This document shows, piece by piece, positions 31,107-39,857 of a DNA stretch of 39,857 nucleotides. Below the pieces are notes generated by a model, which was given only the letters and a program-made list of their open reading frames with translations, did not search any database and was not told where the DNA came from. Positions within the stretch are counted from its first letter, which is position 1. Each line of letters begins with the position of its first letter. Location of the stretch: contig MFJR01000007.1 of the NCBI GenBank assembly GCA_001780955.1, forward strand, positions 212,307 through 252,163, given 5' to 3'. Origin of the DNA: Candidatus Gottesmanbacteria bacterium RIFCSPLOWO2_01_FULL_39_12b (GTDB lineage: Bacteria; Patescibacteriota; Microgenomatia; 2-02-FULL-39-11). The position numbers were made by a program, and so were the translations under genes.

Positions 31107-34100
31107 ATGATTAGCAGAATCGAAATAAGAAGTAGAGTATTTGATGCCAGGGCAGAGGTAAGGAAAAGAAAATTTCTGGATTCGGGATTTGCTGGGAAAT
31201 TAAAAGATATTTATATTGTTGACGTTTATACTCTTGAGAAAAAATTATCTCCAATTCAATTAAATAAAATTGCCTCAATGTTTTGTAATCCTGTTACGCA
31301 GGAAGTTTCTATCTTAGATCCTAAGTCCAAACGCAAATCCAAGGATAATAAATTCTCTTGGGCGATTGAAATCGGATATCTTCCTGGTGTGACGGATAAT
31401 ATTGCCGCAACAGCAAAAGAAAGCATAGTAGATTTGTTGAAAGTGAAATTTTTACCTAAAGAAGGTGTTTATACCTCCCAGATTACCTTTATAGACGGCG
31501 ATCTAATAAGTAGTGATGCCGAGCAAATTGCCGAAAGCCTGTATAACCCGATAATCCAACGCTGCCATATTAAAAATTACCAGGAATATATTAGAGGCAA
31601 CGGTATGGATTTTGTGGTACCCAAGGTCAAATTAAGCCAAATACCGGAAATTGTGAAGGTAAATCTTGATGTTTCCGACGGGGAATTAATTAAGATTGGC
31701 AAAGAAGGGATAGCTAATAATGATGGTACAAGACGCGGACCATTGGCGTTAAGTCTGTCGTTTATGAAGGCGATCCAAACGCATTTTAAAAAACTGGGGC
31801 GGAAACCGACTGACATTGAACTGGAGTCAATTGCCCAAACCTGGTCTGAACACTGCAAACATACCATTTTTGCCGATCCGATTGATGAAATCAGGCAGGG
31901 TTTGTTTAAGAAATATATTAAAGGCGCCACAGATGAAATAAGGAAAAAAAAGTCGGCCAAAGGCCGATCCGCCTCGGGTGGAGATTTTTGCGTTTCGGTT
32001 TTTAAAGACAATTCAGGCGCAATTGAATTTGATGATGATTATCTTATCACCCATAAAGTCGAGACACACAACAGTCCCTCGGCGCTGGATCCATTCGGAG
32101 GCTCAATTACGGGAATAGTCGGGGTTAACCGCGATACGATCGGTTTTGGCCTGGGAGCAAAACCAGTTGCCAATTTTTATGGATTTTGTTTTGCCGATCA
32201 CAGAGTAGATATGCCTCTTTATAAAGGAGCCAATTATACCCAAAAAATGCTATCCAGTAGGCGGATTATGGATGGTGTTATAGAAGGCGTTAACGCCGGT
32301 GGTAACCAATCGGGCATTCCTACCCCTTCTGGATTTGTCTATTTTGACGAAAGGTATCGGGGAAAACCATTGGTATTTGTAGGGACGGTAGGTCTAATCC
32401 CTAAAAAAATTAAAGGTAAGTCTTCATATACAAAAAAAGCTAGAAACAGAGATTATATAGTTATGATCGGAGGGAGAGTCGGAAAGGACGGTATTCATGG
32501 TGCTACTTTTTCGTCAGAAGCAATGGATAGCGGAAGTCCATCTACCGCAGTCCAAATAGGAGACCCGATTACCCAAAAAAAATTATCAGACGCCATCGTA
32601 AAAGAAGCAAGGGAGATGGATTTATACCACAGTATTACCGATAACGGCGCCGGAGGACTTTCCTGTTCTGTTGCCGAAATGGCCAAGGAGTCAGGCGGTT
32701 GTATTGTTGATTTAGACAAAGTTCCTTTAAAGTATCCGGGGCTTGAACCCTGGGAAATTTGGGTGTCTGAATCCCAAGAACGGATGACTTTGGCAATACC
32801 AAAGAAAAATTGGAAGAAATTCGAAGATCTTATGAAACGCCGGGGCGTAGAAGCTAATGTAATTGGTAAGTTTACCGATTCTAAAAAGTGTCAGATTTAC
32901 TTTCGAGGACAGAAGATAATGGATTTAGGCATGGATTTCCTCCATTACGGTTTACCGCAAAGAAATCTTACATCTTCATATACAAAAGCTATAAATGACG
33001 AGCCAGGATTTACCGAAGAAAAAAATCTTAACCGACAATTTACAGAAATGCTTTCAAGATTGAATTTAGGAAGTTTTGCCTTCATTTCCCAGCAATATGA
33101 TCACATGGTGCAATCTAGCCTTATACTAGGCCCATTACAGGGAAGGGGCAGAGTTAATGCGGAAGTGACAGTCTTAAAGCCGGTATTAAATTCCAACCGT
33201 GGAATTGTTATGTCTTACGGCTTATATCCTTCCTATAGCGATATTAATACTTATCACATGGCTGCTTCATCCATTGATACCGCCATAAGAAATGCCGTAA
33301 GCGTGGGGGTTGATCCAAACGCAATTGCACTTTTGGACAACTTCTGCTGGTGCAGTTCTGATGATCCCGAAAGACTTGGTCAGTTAAAGCGTGCCGCTAA
33401 GGCCTGTTATGATCTCTCTACCGTTTTTGAAACACCTTTTATTTCCGGGAAAGACAGCATGTTCAATGATTTTAAGGGATACGATCGTAGTGGAAAATCC
33501 ATAAAAATTTCCATACCCCCTACCCTTCTTATTTCTTCACTCGGTGTAGTTGACGATATCACAAAGGTGGTTTCCCTGGACGTCAAATTCCCGGGCGATT
33601 TAGTATACATATTGGGCGATACTTACATGGAGCTGGGAGGAAGCGAATATTTCTCCTTAATTTCTGAAAAACAAAGGAATAATTCTATCGGAAATAATGT
33701 TCCAAAAGTAAACCCCAGGAAAAACAAAAAACTTTACACTGATTTTTATAAGAGTATAAAAAAACAATTAATCTCATCAAGTATAAGTATTAATCGGGGA
33801 GGTTTAGGAATTGCTTTAGCAAAAATGGCAATTGGCGGAGAATTAGGACTCGATATAAGGTTAAATAATTTGCCGGGTTTGGTAAGACGGAATGATTTTG
33901 CTCTGTTTTCAGAAAGTCAGGGAAGAATAGTCGTAACCGTACTTCCTAAAAATAAAAATATTTTTGAAAAGTTGATGCGCGGAAACAGTTTTGCCTTGAT
34001 TGGAAAAGTAATTAAAGAGCCAAAAATGATTATCCGGGGATTAAAAGGTGGCGAAATTATTAATACCGGTCTTAAAAAAATTCAAGATGCCTATACTTCA

Positions 34101-34118
34101 ACTTTTAAAGGATATTAA
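31107..34118 (+). CDS. purL: FGAM synthase synthetase subunit PurL with N-terminal PurS-like repeats
   Basis: QTWSEHCKH, KVETHNSPS, DGIHGATFSS, VQIGDP, DNGAGG, SESQERM, ISGKDS. Confidence 0.96.
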   Translation: MISRIEIRSRVFDARAEVRKRKFLDSGFAGKLKDIYIVDVYTLEKKLSPIQLNKIASMFCNPVTQEVSILDPKSKRKSKDNKFSWAIEIGYLPGVTDNIAATAKESIVDLLKVKFLPKEGVYTSQITFIDGDLISSDAEQIAESLYNPIIQRCHIKNYQEYIRGNGMDFVVPKVKLSQIPEIVKVNLDVSDGELIKIGKEGIANNDGTRRGPLALSLSFMKAIQTHFKKLGRKPTDIELESIAQTWSEHCKHTIFADPIDEIRQGLFKKYIKGATDEIRKKKSAKGRSASGGDFCVSVFKDNSGAIEFDDDYLITHKVETHNSPSALDPFGGSITGIVGVNRDTIGFGLGAKPVANFYGFCFADHRVDMPLYKGANYTQKMLSSRRIMDGVIEGVNAGGNQSGIPTPSGFVYFDERYRGKPLVFVGTVGLIPKKIKGKSSYTKKARNRDYIVMIGGRVGKDGIHGATFSSEAMDSGSPSTAVQIGDPITQKKLSDAIVKEAREMDLYHSITDNGAGGLSCSVAEMAKESGGCIVDLDKVPLKYPGLEPWEIWVSESQERMTLAIPKKNWKKFEDLMKRRGVEANVIGKFTDSKKCQIYFRGQKIMDLGMDFLHYGLPQRNLTSSYTKAINDEPGFTEEKNLNRQFTEMLSRLNLGSFAFISQQYDHMVQSSLILGPLQGRGRVNAEVTVLKPVLNSNRGIVMSYGLYPSYSDINTYHMAASSIDTAIRNAVSVGVDPNAIALLDNFCWCSSDDPERLGQLKRAAKACYDLSTVFETPFISGKDSMFNDFKGYDRSGKSIKISIPPTLLISSLGVVDDITKVVSLDVKFPGDLVYILGDTYMELGGSEYFSLISEKQRNNSIGNNVPKVNPRKNKKLYTDFYKSIKKQLISSSISINRGGLGIALAKMAIGGELGLDIRLNNLPGLVRRNDFALFSESQGRIVVTVLPKNKNIFEKLMRGNSFALIGKVIKEPKMIIRGLKGGEIINTGLKKIQDAYTSTFKGY
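31953..31982. repeat. Tandem pair of 15-bp hairpins in frame within purL
   Basis: TCGGCC-AAA-GGCCGA followed by TCCGCC-TCG-GGTGGA; encodes SAKGRSASGG. Confidence 0.82.
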
Positions 34119-34121
34119 ACT

Positions 34122-34922
34122 ATGAAACCTAAAGCTCTGGTATTTTCAGGATACGGATTAAACTGCGAGGAAGAAACAAAGTACGGATTTGAATTGGCAG
34201 GCGGAACTGCCGATATCATCCATATTAATGATTTGATTGGCGGAAGAGTTAAACTTTCTGATTATCAGATATTAGCCGTTCCCGGCGGTTTTTCTTATGG
34301 GGACGATACCGGATCAGGCAATGCCTATGCCAACAAGTTGAGAAACCACCTATGGCAGGATTTTTTAAGATTTATAAAGCAGGATAAGCTGATAATCGGG
34401 ATTTGTAACGGATTCCAGATACTGGTAAATTTAGGGCTCCTTCCGGCACTCAATAAAGATTATGGCAGGAGAACTGTGGCTTTGATGCCTAATGATTCGG
34501 CCCGTTATACAGTAAGATTTGTCGATTTAAAAGTGGAAAACAACAAGTCTCCCTGGGTCAAGGGGATAGATACCCTTTCAATACCGATTGCCCATGGAGA
34601 AGGAAAATTTTATGCAGATAAAGAAATACTGAGAGAGTTGAACAAGAAAAAGTTGGTTGCCTTCCGTTATTTTAACGGTCAGGCATGCAAATACCAAAAT
34701 TTTGAGGCGAATCCCAATGGATCGCTTGAGGATATTGCAGGTGTAACTGATGAAACAGGGAGAATTTTAGGCCTGATGCCCCACCCTGAACGCGCGCTTT
34801 TTTTTACCCAGATGCCTAACTGGCCTCTTTTGGCAAATCAATACAGACGTCTTGGGAAGAAGATTCCGCAAGAAGCTCCGGGGCTCAAAATTTTCAGAAA
34901 CGCCGTCAATTATTTCCAGTAG
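34122..34922 (+). CDS. purQ: FGAM synthase glutaminase subunit
   Basis: GLNCEEE, PGGFSYGD, GICNGFQ, IAHGEG, NPNGS, MPHPER. Confidence 0.97.
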   Translation: MKPKALVFSGYGLNCEEETKYGFELAGGTADIIHINDLIGGRVKLSDYQILAVPGGFSYGDDTGSGNAYANKLRNHLWQDFLRFIKQDKLIIGICNGFQILVNLGLLPALNKDYGRRTVALMPNDSARYTVRFVDLKVENNKSPWVKGIDTLSIPIAHGEGKFYADKEILRELNKKKLVAFRYFNGQACKYQNFEANPNGSLEDIAGVTDETGRILGLMPHPERALFFTQMPNWPLLANQYRRLGKKIPQEAPGLKIFRNAVNYFQ

Positions 34923-34926
34923 GTAA

Positions 34927-35805
34927 TTATTCAGATAGAACCTTGTCAATAATATCTGCAGCTATTCTTCTTGGCGCATATTTTTGCAATGACTCATCTC
35001 CAAGTCTGATTCTGTAGAAAATCGCTCCCCGGACAAAATTACTTAATTCTGCCATACCCAAAGCTAATAATCGGTTATCGGGCTCATTCATTTCAGAAAA
35101 AAAGTGGCTTTTGATTTTTTCATCCTTAAAAATCTCTTCCGCTTGAGGTTTGACTTTTCCCATAACACCTTTTACAAAAGCGACGACCTGATCTCTCAAA
35201 GAATCTTCACCCTTTAATTTTGTTTTTAGACCGACATTGTCAAAATGATGAGTATTCAAAGGCGAAAAAACGTTTCCGGTTACAGAATGATTTACAATAT
35301 ACTTATTCCACTCATCTATCACCAAATCGCGGTTTTCGTCTTTTGTAAAAAGAGCTTCAATAAACCTTCCAAAAGCTGTCTTACCGATAGGATTATCAAG
35401 AGTTTCTTGGACAATATCTCTTAATATAAGGTCTTCTGTTGTAAATCCATCACTATCACGTACTATTTTACCATCTTCATTTAAGAGTGTTGCCTTTGCT
35501 ATAGGTTTAATCCCGTCATAGTCCAGCAGACTTGCTGCTATTATATTTTGACGTTCCGCTACCGGTACATTGGCAAGGTCAATTATTAAGACACCACTTT
35601 GATGACCTCTTACATGTGCTGCTATCTCCCCAGGCCTTTTTCCAAAAAACTGAGTAGCAGTACAGTTTACAGATGGTAATGCTCCTATTTTTTCCCGTAG
35701 CTCCGGACTGGGGAAAGATAACCCATGCGGCGAGGATTCGTTCGGTAATGGACCACCACCTGGTCCAGGTCCTGCGGTATTAAAGTTTAATTCAAGTCGT
35801 GCCAT
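34927..35805 (-). CDS. Hypothetical protein (orphan, 292 aa)
   Basis: Long ORF filling the purQ-purC gap, with its own promoter; no family recognised. Confidence 0.75.
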   Translation of the reverse strand: MARLELNFNTAGPGPGGGPLPNESSPHGLSFPSPELREKIGALPSVNCTATQFFGKRPGEIAAHVRGHQSGVLIIDLANVPVAERQNIIAASLLDYDGIKPIAKATLLNEDGKIVRDSDGFTTEDLILRDIVQETLDNPIGKTAFGRFIEALFTKDENRDLVIDEWNKYIVNHSVTGNVFSPLNTHHFDNVGLKTKLKGEDSLRDQVVAFVKGVMGKVKPQAEEIFKDEKIKSHFFSEMNEPDNRLLALGMAELSNFVRGAIFYRIRLGDESLQKYAPRRIAADIIDKVLSE

Positions 35806-35842
35806 AATTATTAATAATCCAATAAATATTTCAACACAGGAG

Positions 35843-35870
35843 ATTATACTAAATGTAATAACATAGTCAA
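35843..35870 (-). promoter_or_regulatory. Putative sigma70 promoter of the orphan gene
   Basis: Minus strand TTGACT, 16 bp spacer, TATAAT. Confidence 0.65.
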
Positions 35871-35921
35871 ATTTATGTACCTATTGATTTTTATCTTAAA
35901 AATTAGTACAACCATAATGTA

Positions 35922-36878
35922 ATGTTGACTTCACGTCAAATAAATAAAGTAAGAACAGAGGTTTTAAATACTGTTGATTTATCATTCCTGGGTCCTAAAC
36001 ATCAGGGTAAAGTCAGGGATTATTATCTTCATAAGGGCAGGAGAATTCTCATAACAACTGATAGAATATCCGCTTTTGACAGGGTTTTGGGTTTTATCCC
36101 CTATAAAGGACAAGTTTTAAATCAACTATCTTCTTTTTGGTTTAGTAAAACTGCTGACATTGTTGATAATCACCTTATCAGTATTCCTCATCCTAACGTA
36201 GCAATAGTGAAAGACGCCAAACCGTATCCCGTTGAGATGGTTGTCCGAGGATATATTACGGGAGTAACTACGACCTCCATCTGGTATTCCTATGAAAAAG
36301 GAGAAAGGGTAATTTACGGAATTAAGTTTCCGCAAGGTTTGCGAAAAAACCAGAAATTAAAAACACCGATTATAACGCCAACTACCAAAGCGGAACATGG
36401 GCTTCACGACGAAAGGTTGACCCACGAGGAAATACTTAAAAAAAAGCTGATCAGTCCTACGGTCTTAAAACAGATGGAAAAAGCAGCGCTTGCCCTTTAC
36501 GAAAGGGGCAATAAGATTTGTAATAAGCGGGGACTGATTCTGGTCGATACCAAATACGAATTCGGCGAGTATAAAGGGAAATTAGTTCTAATAGATGAAA
36601 TTCATACTCCCGACTCAAGCCGTTATTGGAAAGCAGAAAATTATAGGCAGCGTTTTGAAAAAGGAATGGAACCGGAGAATTTTGATAAAGAATTTTTCAG
36701 GATTTGGTATACGACTCATGGTTATCGTGGTGACGGTAAACCACCCGAGATGCCGGTTGATTTACAAATCAAGACGGCTGTGAGATATATAAAAATTTAC
36801 GAAATGATAACGGGAAAAAAATTCAAACCCGGTAAATATCCGTTAGAGGAAGGAATTAGAAAAGCGCTTAAGAAGTAA
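35922..36878 (+). CDS. purC: SAICAR synthase (long type)
   Basis: GKVRD, TDRISAFD, KGQVLN, EMVVRGY, TPTTK, DTKYEFG, DEIHTPDSSR, DKEF. Confidence 0.96.
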   Translation: MLTSRQINKVRTEVLNTVDLSFLGPKHQGKVRDYYLHKGRRILITTDRISAFDRVLGFIPYKGQVLNQLSSFWFSKTADIVDNHLISIPHPNVAIVKDAKPYPVEMVVRGYITGVTTTSIWYSYEKGERVIYGIKFPQGLRKNQKLKTPIITPTTKAEHGLHDERLTHEEILKKKLISPTVLKQMEKAALALYERGNKICNKRGLILVDTKYEFGEYKGKLVLIDEIHTPDSSRYWKAENYRQRFEKGMEPENFDKEFFRIWYTTHGYRGDGKPPEMPVDLQIKTAVRYIKIYEMITGKKFKPGKYPLEEGIRKALKK

Positions 36879-36885
36879 TTTAATT

Positions 36886-37359
36886 ATGGTTATTATCATA
36901 CTAGGATCAAAAAGCGATTTGAACTGGGGTAAAGAGATAGGAAAGCATCTTAATAATTTTTGTGTAAGTTACAAGATTCATATTGCCTCCGCCCACAAGA
37001 CACCAGAACATCTTTTACGGATATTAAAAAAATATGAATCTAGCAATAATCCAATCATTTATATATGCGTTGCAGGAAGGTCCAACGCTTTGGGCGGGTT
37101 TGTCGACAGCAATGTTGTGCACCCGGTAATTAATTGTCCACCTTACTCCGAAAAATATGCTGGTCTTGATATTTTATCTAGCCTCAGAATGCCTTCCGGA
37201 GTCAGTCCGATGACCGTTCTTGAACCCGATCAGGTAGCTGTTGCCGCTGCCAAAATTTTAGGGTGCAGTGAGGCAAAATACAAAGAGAAAATTTTAGCAT
37301 TTCATCAGAAATTAAGAAACCAACTGCTCAAGGACGATGAAGAAGTTACTGTCGGTTAG
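36886..37359 (+). CDS. purE: AIR carboxylase PurE, class II-type
   Basis: LGSKSD, SAHKTP, AGRSNAL, PVINCP, SSLRMPSG. Confidence 0.92.
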   Translation: MVIIILGSKSDLNWGKEIGKHLNNFCVSYKIHIASAHKTPEHLLRILKKYESSNNPIIYICVAGRSNALGGFVDSNVVHPVINCPPYSEKYAGLDILSSLRMPSGVSPMTVLEPDQVAVAAAKILGCSEAKYKEKILAFHQKLRNQLLKDDEEVTVG

Positions 37360-38764
37360 GCAGCTGAAATACAGAGAGTCATTGCATGACCATTGCGGCG
37401 TATTCGGGATATATGCCCCGAGTTGTGACGTGGCCAAAATTACCTACTTTGCCCTTCACAGTTTGCAGCATCGGGGACAGGAAAGTGCGGGTATTGCAGT
37501 ATCTGATGGAAAAAAACTCAGAAGCATACGTAATCTGGGTCTGGTAACCTCGGTCTTTAACGAAAACAATTTAAATAAACTTAAAGGTTTTATCGCCATC
37601 GGACATAACCGTTATTCGACAACAGGCGGGAATACTCAGGCAAATGTTCAGCCTGTAATTTTATCGTCTAATCATAAAGTATTCTCCTTGGCACATAATG
37701 GTAATATCATTAACTCTTCTGAGCTCAGCCAAAAATTGAAAAATGTCAAACGAAGTTCAACTTCAGATACGGAAGTATTAGCCAAAATCATATCAGTCGC
37801 AAGCGGTGAAAAATGGAGCGATAAAATAATCAATGCGGCTCCTCAGCTTATCGGAGCATACAGCATCGTTGCCTGTTCCAAAAAAAGATTGTACGCTTTT
37901 CGGGATCCCTGGGGCTTTCGCCCTTTATCTATCGGTAAACTGAATGGGTATTATGCGATTAGCAGTGAAACCTGCGCTTTTGACACGATCGGCGCCACAT
38001 ATATTAGAGATGTTAATCCCGGTGAAATCGTGCAAATAGATAATAGCGGCTTTAAGGTATTAGGTCAGATCGCGCCTCATAATTTAAAATTCTGTCTGTT
38101 TGAATACGTATATCTGGCCAGACCTGACAGCATGCTAAACAATGTTTTGGTGCATAGCGTAAGATATAAAAGCGGCGAGATTTTGGCTAGTGAAGCACCG
38201 GTAAAAGCCGATCTGGTTTCCGCCATACCCGACTCGGGCACTTCCAGCGCCCTGGGTTTTGCCTCTAAGTCCGGTATACCGTTTGGTGAGGCCTTGATCA
38301 AAAACCGTTACATAGGCAGAACTTTTATTCAGCCCGAACAGCATATTAGAGAACAGGGAGTAAAGTTGAAGTTTAACCCGATGAGACAGATAGTCAAAAA
38401 CAAACGGGTGGTGATTGTCGATGACTCAATTGTGCGTGGTACCACGATGAAAAAAATTGTTGAGGTACTACGTCAATGCGGGGTGAAAGAAATACATCTT
38501 CGGATTTGCTCTCCACCGATTCGCTGGCCTTGTTTTTTTGGTGTTGATACTCCAGAGAGAAAACAACTTATCGCCGCAACAAAGACAATAGGTGAAATAA
38601 GAAAATATATTGCCGCTGACTCGCTAAAGTACTTAAGCCTTGATGGACTTATTAAATCATCGGCTCAAGAAGCATCAAACCTTTGCACCGCTTGCTTTAC
38701 CGGGAAATATCCTGTAAAAGTAAATTTAAAGCTTAAGAAAAACGTGTTAGAAAGTAATTGTTAA
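37337..38764 (+). CDS. purF: Amidophosphoribosyltransferase (propeptide, Fe-S type)
   Basis: CGVFG after a propeptide, LQHRGQE, HNGN, CLFEYVY, VDDSIVRGTT, CTACFTG. Confidence 0.97.
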   Translation: MKKLLSVRQLKYRESLHDHCGVFGIYAPSCDVAKITYFALHSLQHRGQESAGIAVSDGKKLRSIRNLGLVTSVFNENNLNKLKGFIAIGHNRYSTTGGNTQANVQPVILSSNHKVFSLAHNGNIINSSELSQKLKNVKRSSTSDTEVLAKIISVASGEKWSDKIINAAPQLIGAYSIVACSKKRLYAFRDPWGFRPLSIGKLNGYYAISSETCAFDTIGATYIRDVNPGEIVQIDNSGFKVLGQIAPHNLKFCLFEYVYLARPDSMLNNVLVHSVRYKSGEILASEAPVKADLVSAIPDSGTSSALGFASKSGIPFGEALIKNRYIGRTFIQPEQHIREQGVKLKFNPMRQIVKNKRVVIVDDSIVRGTTMKKIVEVLRQCGVKEIHLRICSPPIRWPCFFGVDTPERKQLIAATKTIGEIRKYIAADSLKYLSLDGLIKSSAQEASNLCTACFTGKYPVKVNLKLKKNVLESNC

Positions 38765-38810
38765 CCCGAACAAATTTTTTTTAAAAATTAGCGCGGGTAA
38801 AGGAGGATTT

Positions 38811-39857
38811 ATGAATAATATTAAAAATTTACAAAAAACGGATCCTGAAATTGCCAGATGGATTAGAGAGGAAGATAAGCGTCAAAGTGATGTTCTGGAA
38901 ATGATACCTTCAGAAAATTATACCTCCGTTGCCGTACGCGAGGCGCTTGGGTCGGTACTGACAAATAAATATTCCGAAGGATACTCAGCGCACCGGTATT
39001 ATCAGGGAAATCGATATATTGATAAGGTTGAAACGCTTGCTATAGAACGCTGCAAAAAACTCTTTCATGTACCCCATGTTAATGTCCAACCCTACTCTGG
39101 ATCCCCGGCCAATTCAGCAGTGTACTTTGCCCTGCTTAATCCTGGTGACAAAATCATGGGGTTAAAGCTTTCCGGTGGTGGACATCTTACCCATGGACAT
39201 CCGGCTGTCACTTTTTCGGGGAAATATTATACATCTGTCCAATTCAACGTCGAACCCAACGGATGGTTAGATATGGATAAAGTAGCATTACTGGCTAAAA
39301 AAGAAAAACCAAAAATGCTTATTGTGGGTACGACGGCCTATCCACGTTTTTTTGACTGGAAAAAATGGCGTCAGATTGCCGATAGCATTGGAGCGCTTTT
39401 TTTAGCAGATATTGCGCATGTTGCTGGATTGGTTGTTGGTGGGGCATATCCCTCGCCCGTCCCCTACGCTGATGTCGTCATGTTTACAACTCATAAAACG
39501 ATTCGTGGACCACGGGGAGCAGTCCTTATGGTTACGGATAGAGGCTTTAAGCGAGATCCTGATATGGGTAAAAAGATTGATCGGGCTGTATTTCCGGGAC
39601 TTTCGGGTGGGCCGCATGACAATGTGACTGCGGCGATGGCTGTTTGTTTCAAGGAGGCAGGTACGGCTGCATTTAAAAAATATGCTAAACAGGTAGTAAC
39701 AAATGCAAAAACTCTTGCTGGAATACTGAAACAAAATGGACTGAAGTTAACTACCGACGGAACCGATAGTCATCTTATCGTTATTGACCTTCGGCCACAG
39801 CGGGTTATTGGCAATATCGTGGCTGAAGCCTTGGAAGTTGCCAATATCGTTGCTAAT
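38811..39857 (+). CDS. glyA: Serine hydroxymethyltransferase (3'-truncated by window; absent from ORF track)
   Basis: SD AAGGAGG before ATG 38811. Translates to EMIPSEN, TNKYSEGY, NVQPYSGSPAN, GGHLTHG, TTHKTIRGPRG (PLP lysine). Confidence 0.96.
   Translation, partial: MNNIKNLQKTDPEIARWIREEDKRQSDVLEMIPSENYTSVAVREALGSVLTNKYSEGYSAHRYYQGNRYIDKVETLAIERCKKLFHVPHVNVQPYSGSPANSAVYFALLNPGDKIMGLKLSGGGHLTHGHPAVTFSGKYYTSVQFNVEPNGWLDMDKVALLAKKEKPKMLIVGTTAYPRFFDWKKWRQIADSIGALFLADIAHVAGLVVGGAYPSPVPYADVVMFTTHKTIRGPRGAVLMVTDRGFKRDPDMGKKIDRAVFPGLSGGPHDNVTAAMAVCFKEAGTAAFKKYAKQVVTNAKTLAGILKQNGLKLTTDGTDSHLIVIDLRPQRVIGNIVAEALEVANIVAN

Noticed and set aside
38762-38800. Weak hairpin before glyA as a ZTP/THF riboswitch or terminator
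   Set aside because: The 46-bp gap is too short, there are no aptamer motifs, and no U-tract follows the stem.

Overview
Gene-dense, AT-rich, mostly housekeeping window. Gene order: murT(5'-truncated)-gatD, glnA, gatC-gatA-asnS-gatB, an inverted PAS-GAF-GGDEF gene, dnaE, and a complete F1Fo ATP synthase operon (atpZ/I-B-E-F-H-A-G-D-C). The operon runs directly into a de novo nucleotide cluster: carA-carB-pyrB-pyrC-pyrD-DMT-pyrF-[inverted MDR oxidoreductase]-pyrE-pyrG-purL-purQ-[inverted orphan]-purC-purE-purF-glyA(3'-truncated). The style (near-leaderless promoters, short delta subunit, TCCGCC/GGCGGA palindromes) suggests Patescibacteria/CPR, probably Microgenomates; this is inference. No rRNA, tRNA, CRISPR array, transposase or integrase was seen. 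The main unexplained signal is a set of GC-rich palindromic elements from about four families lying in frame inside core genes: three in gatB and one each in carA, pyrF and purL. One 36-bp hairpin occurs twice, 12 kb apart, and is read in different frames. In addition, two inverted ~45-bp quasi-palindromes with a GCGGCCGC core bracket pyrC-pyrD-DMT. Enzyme oddities include CAD-like pyrimidine enzymes, a class II PurE, a PurS-PurS-PurL fusion and a truncated ATP synthase delta subunit.
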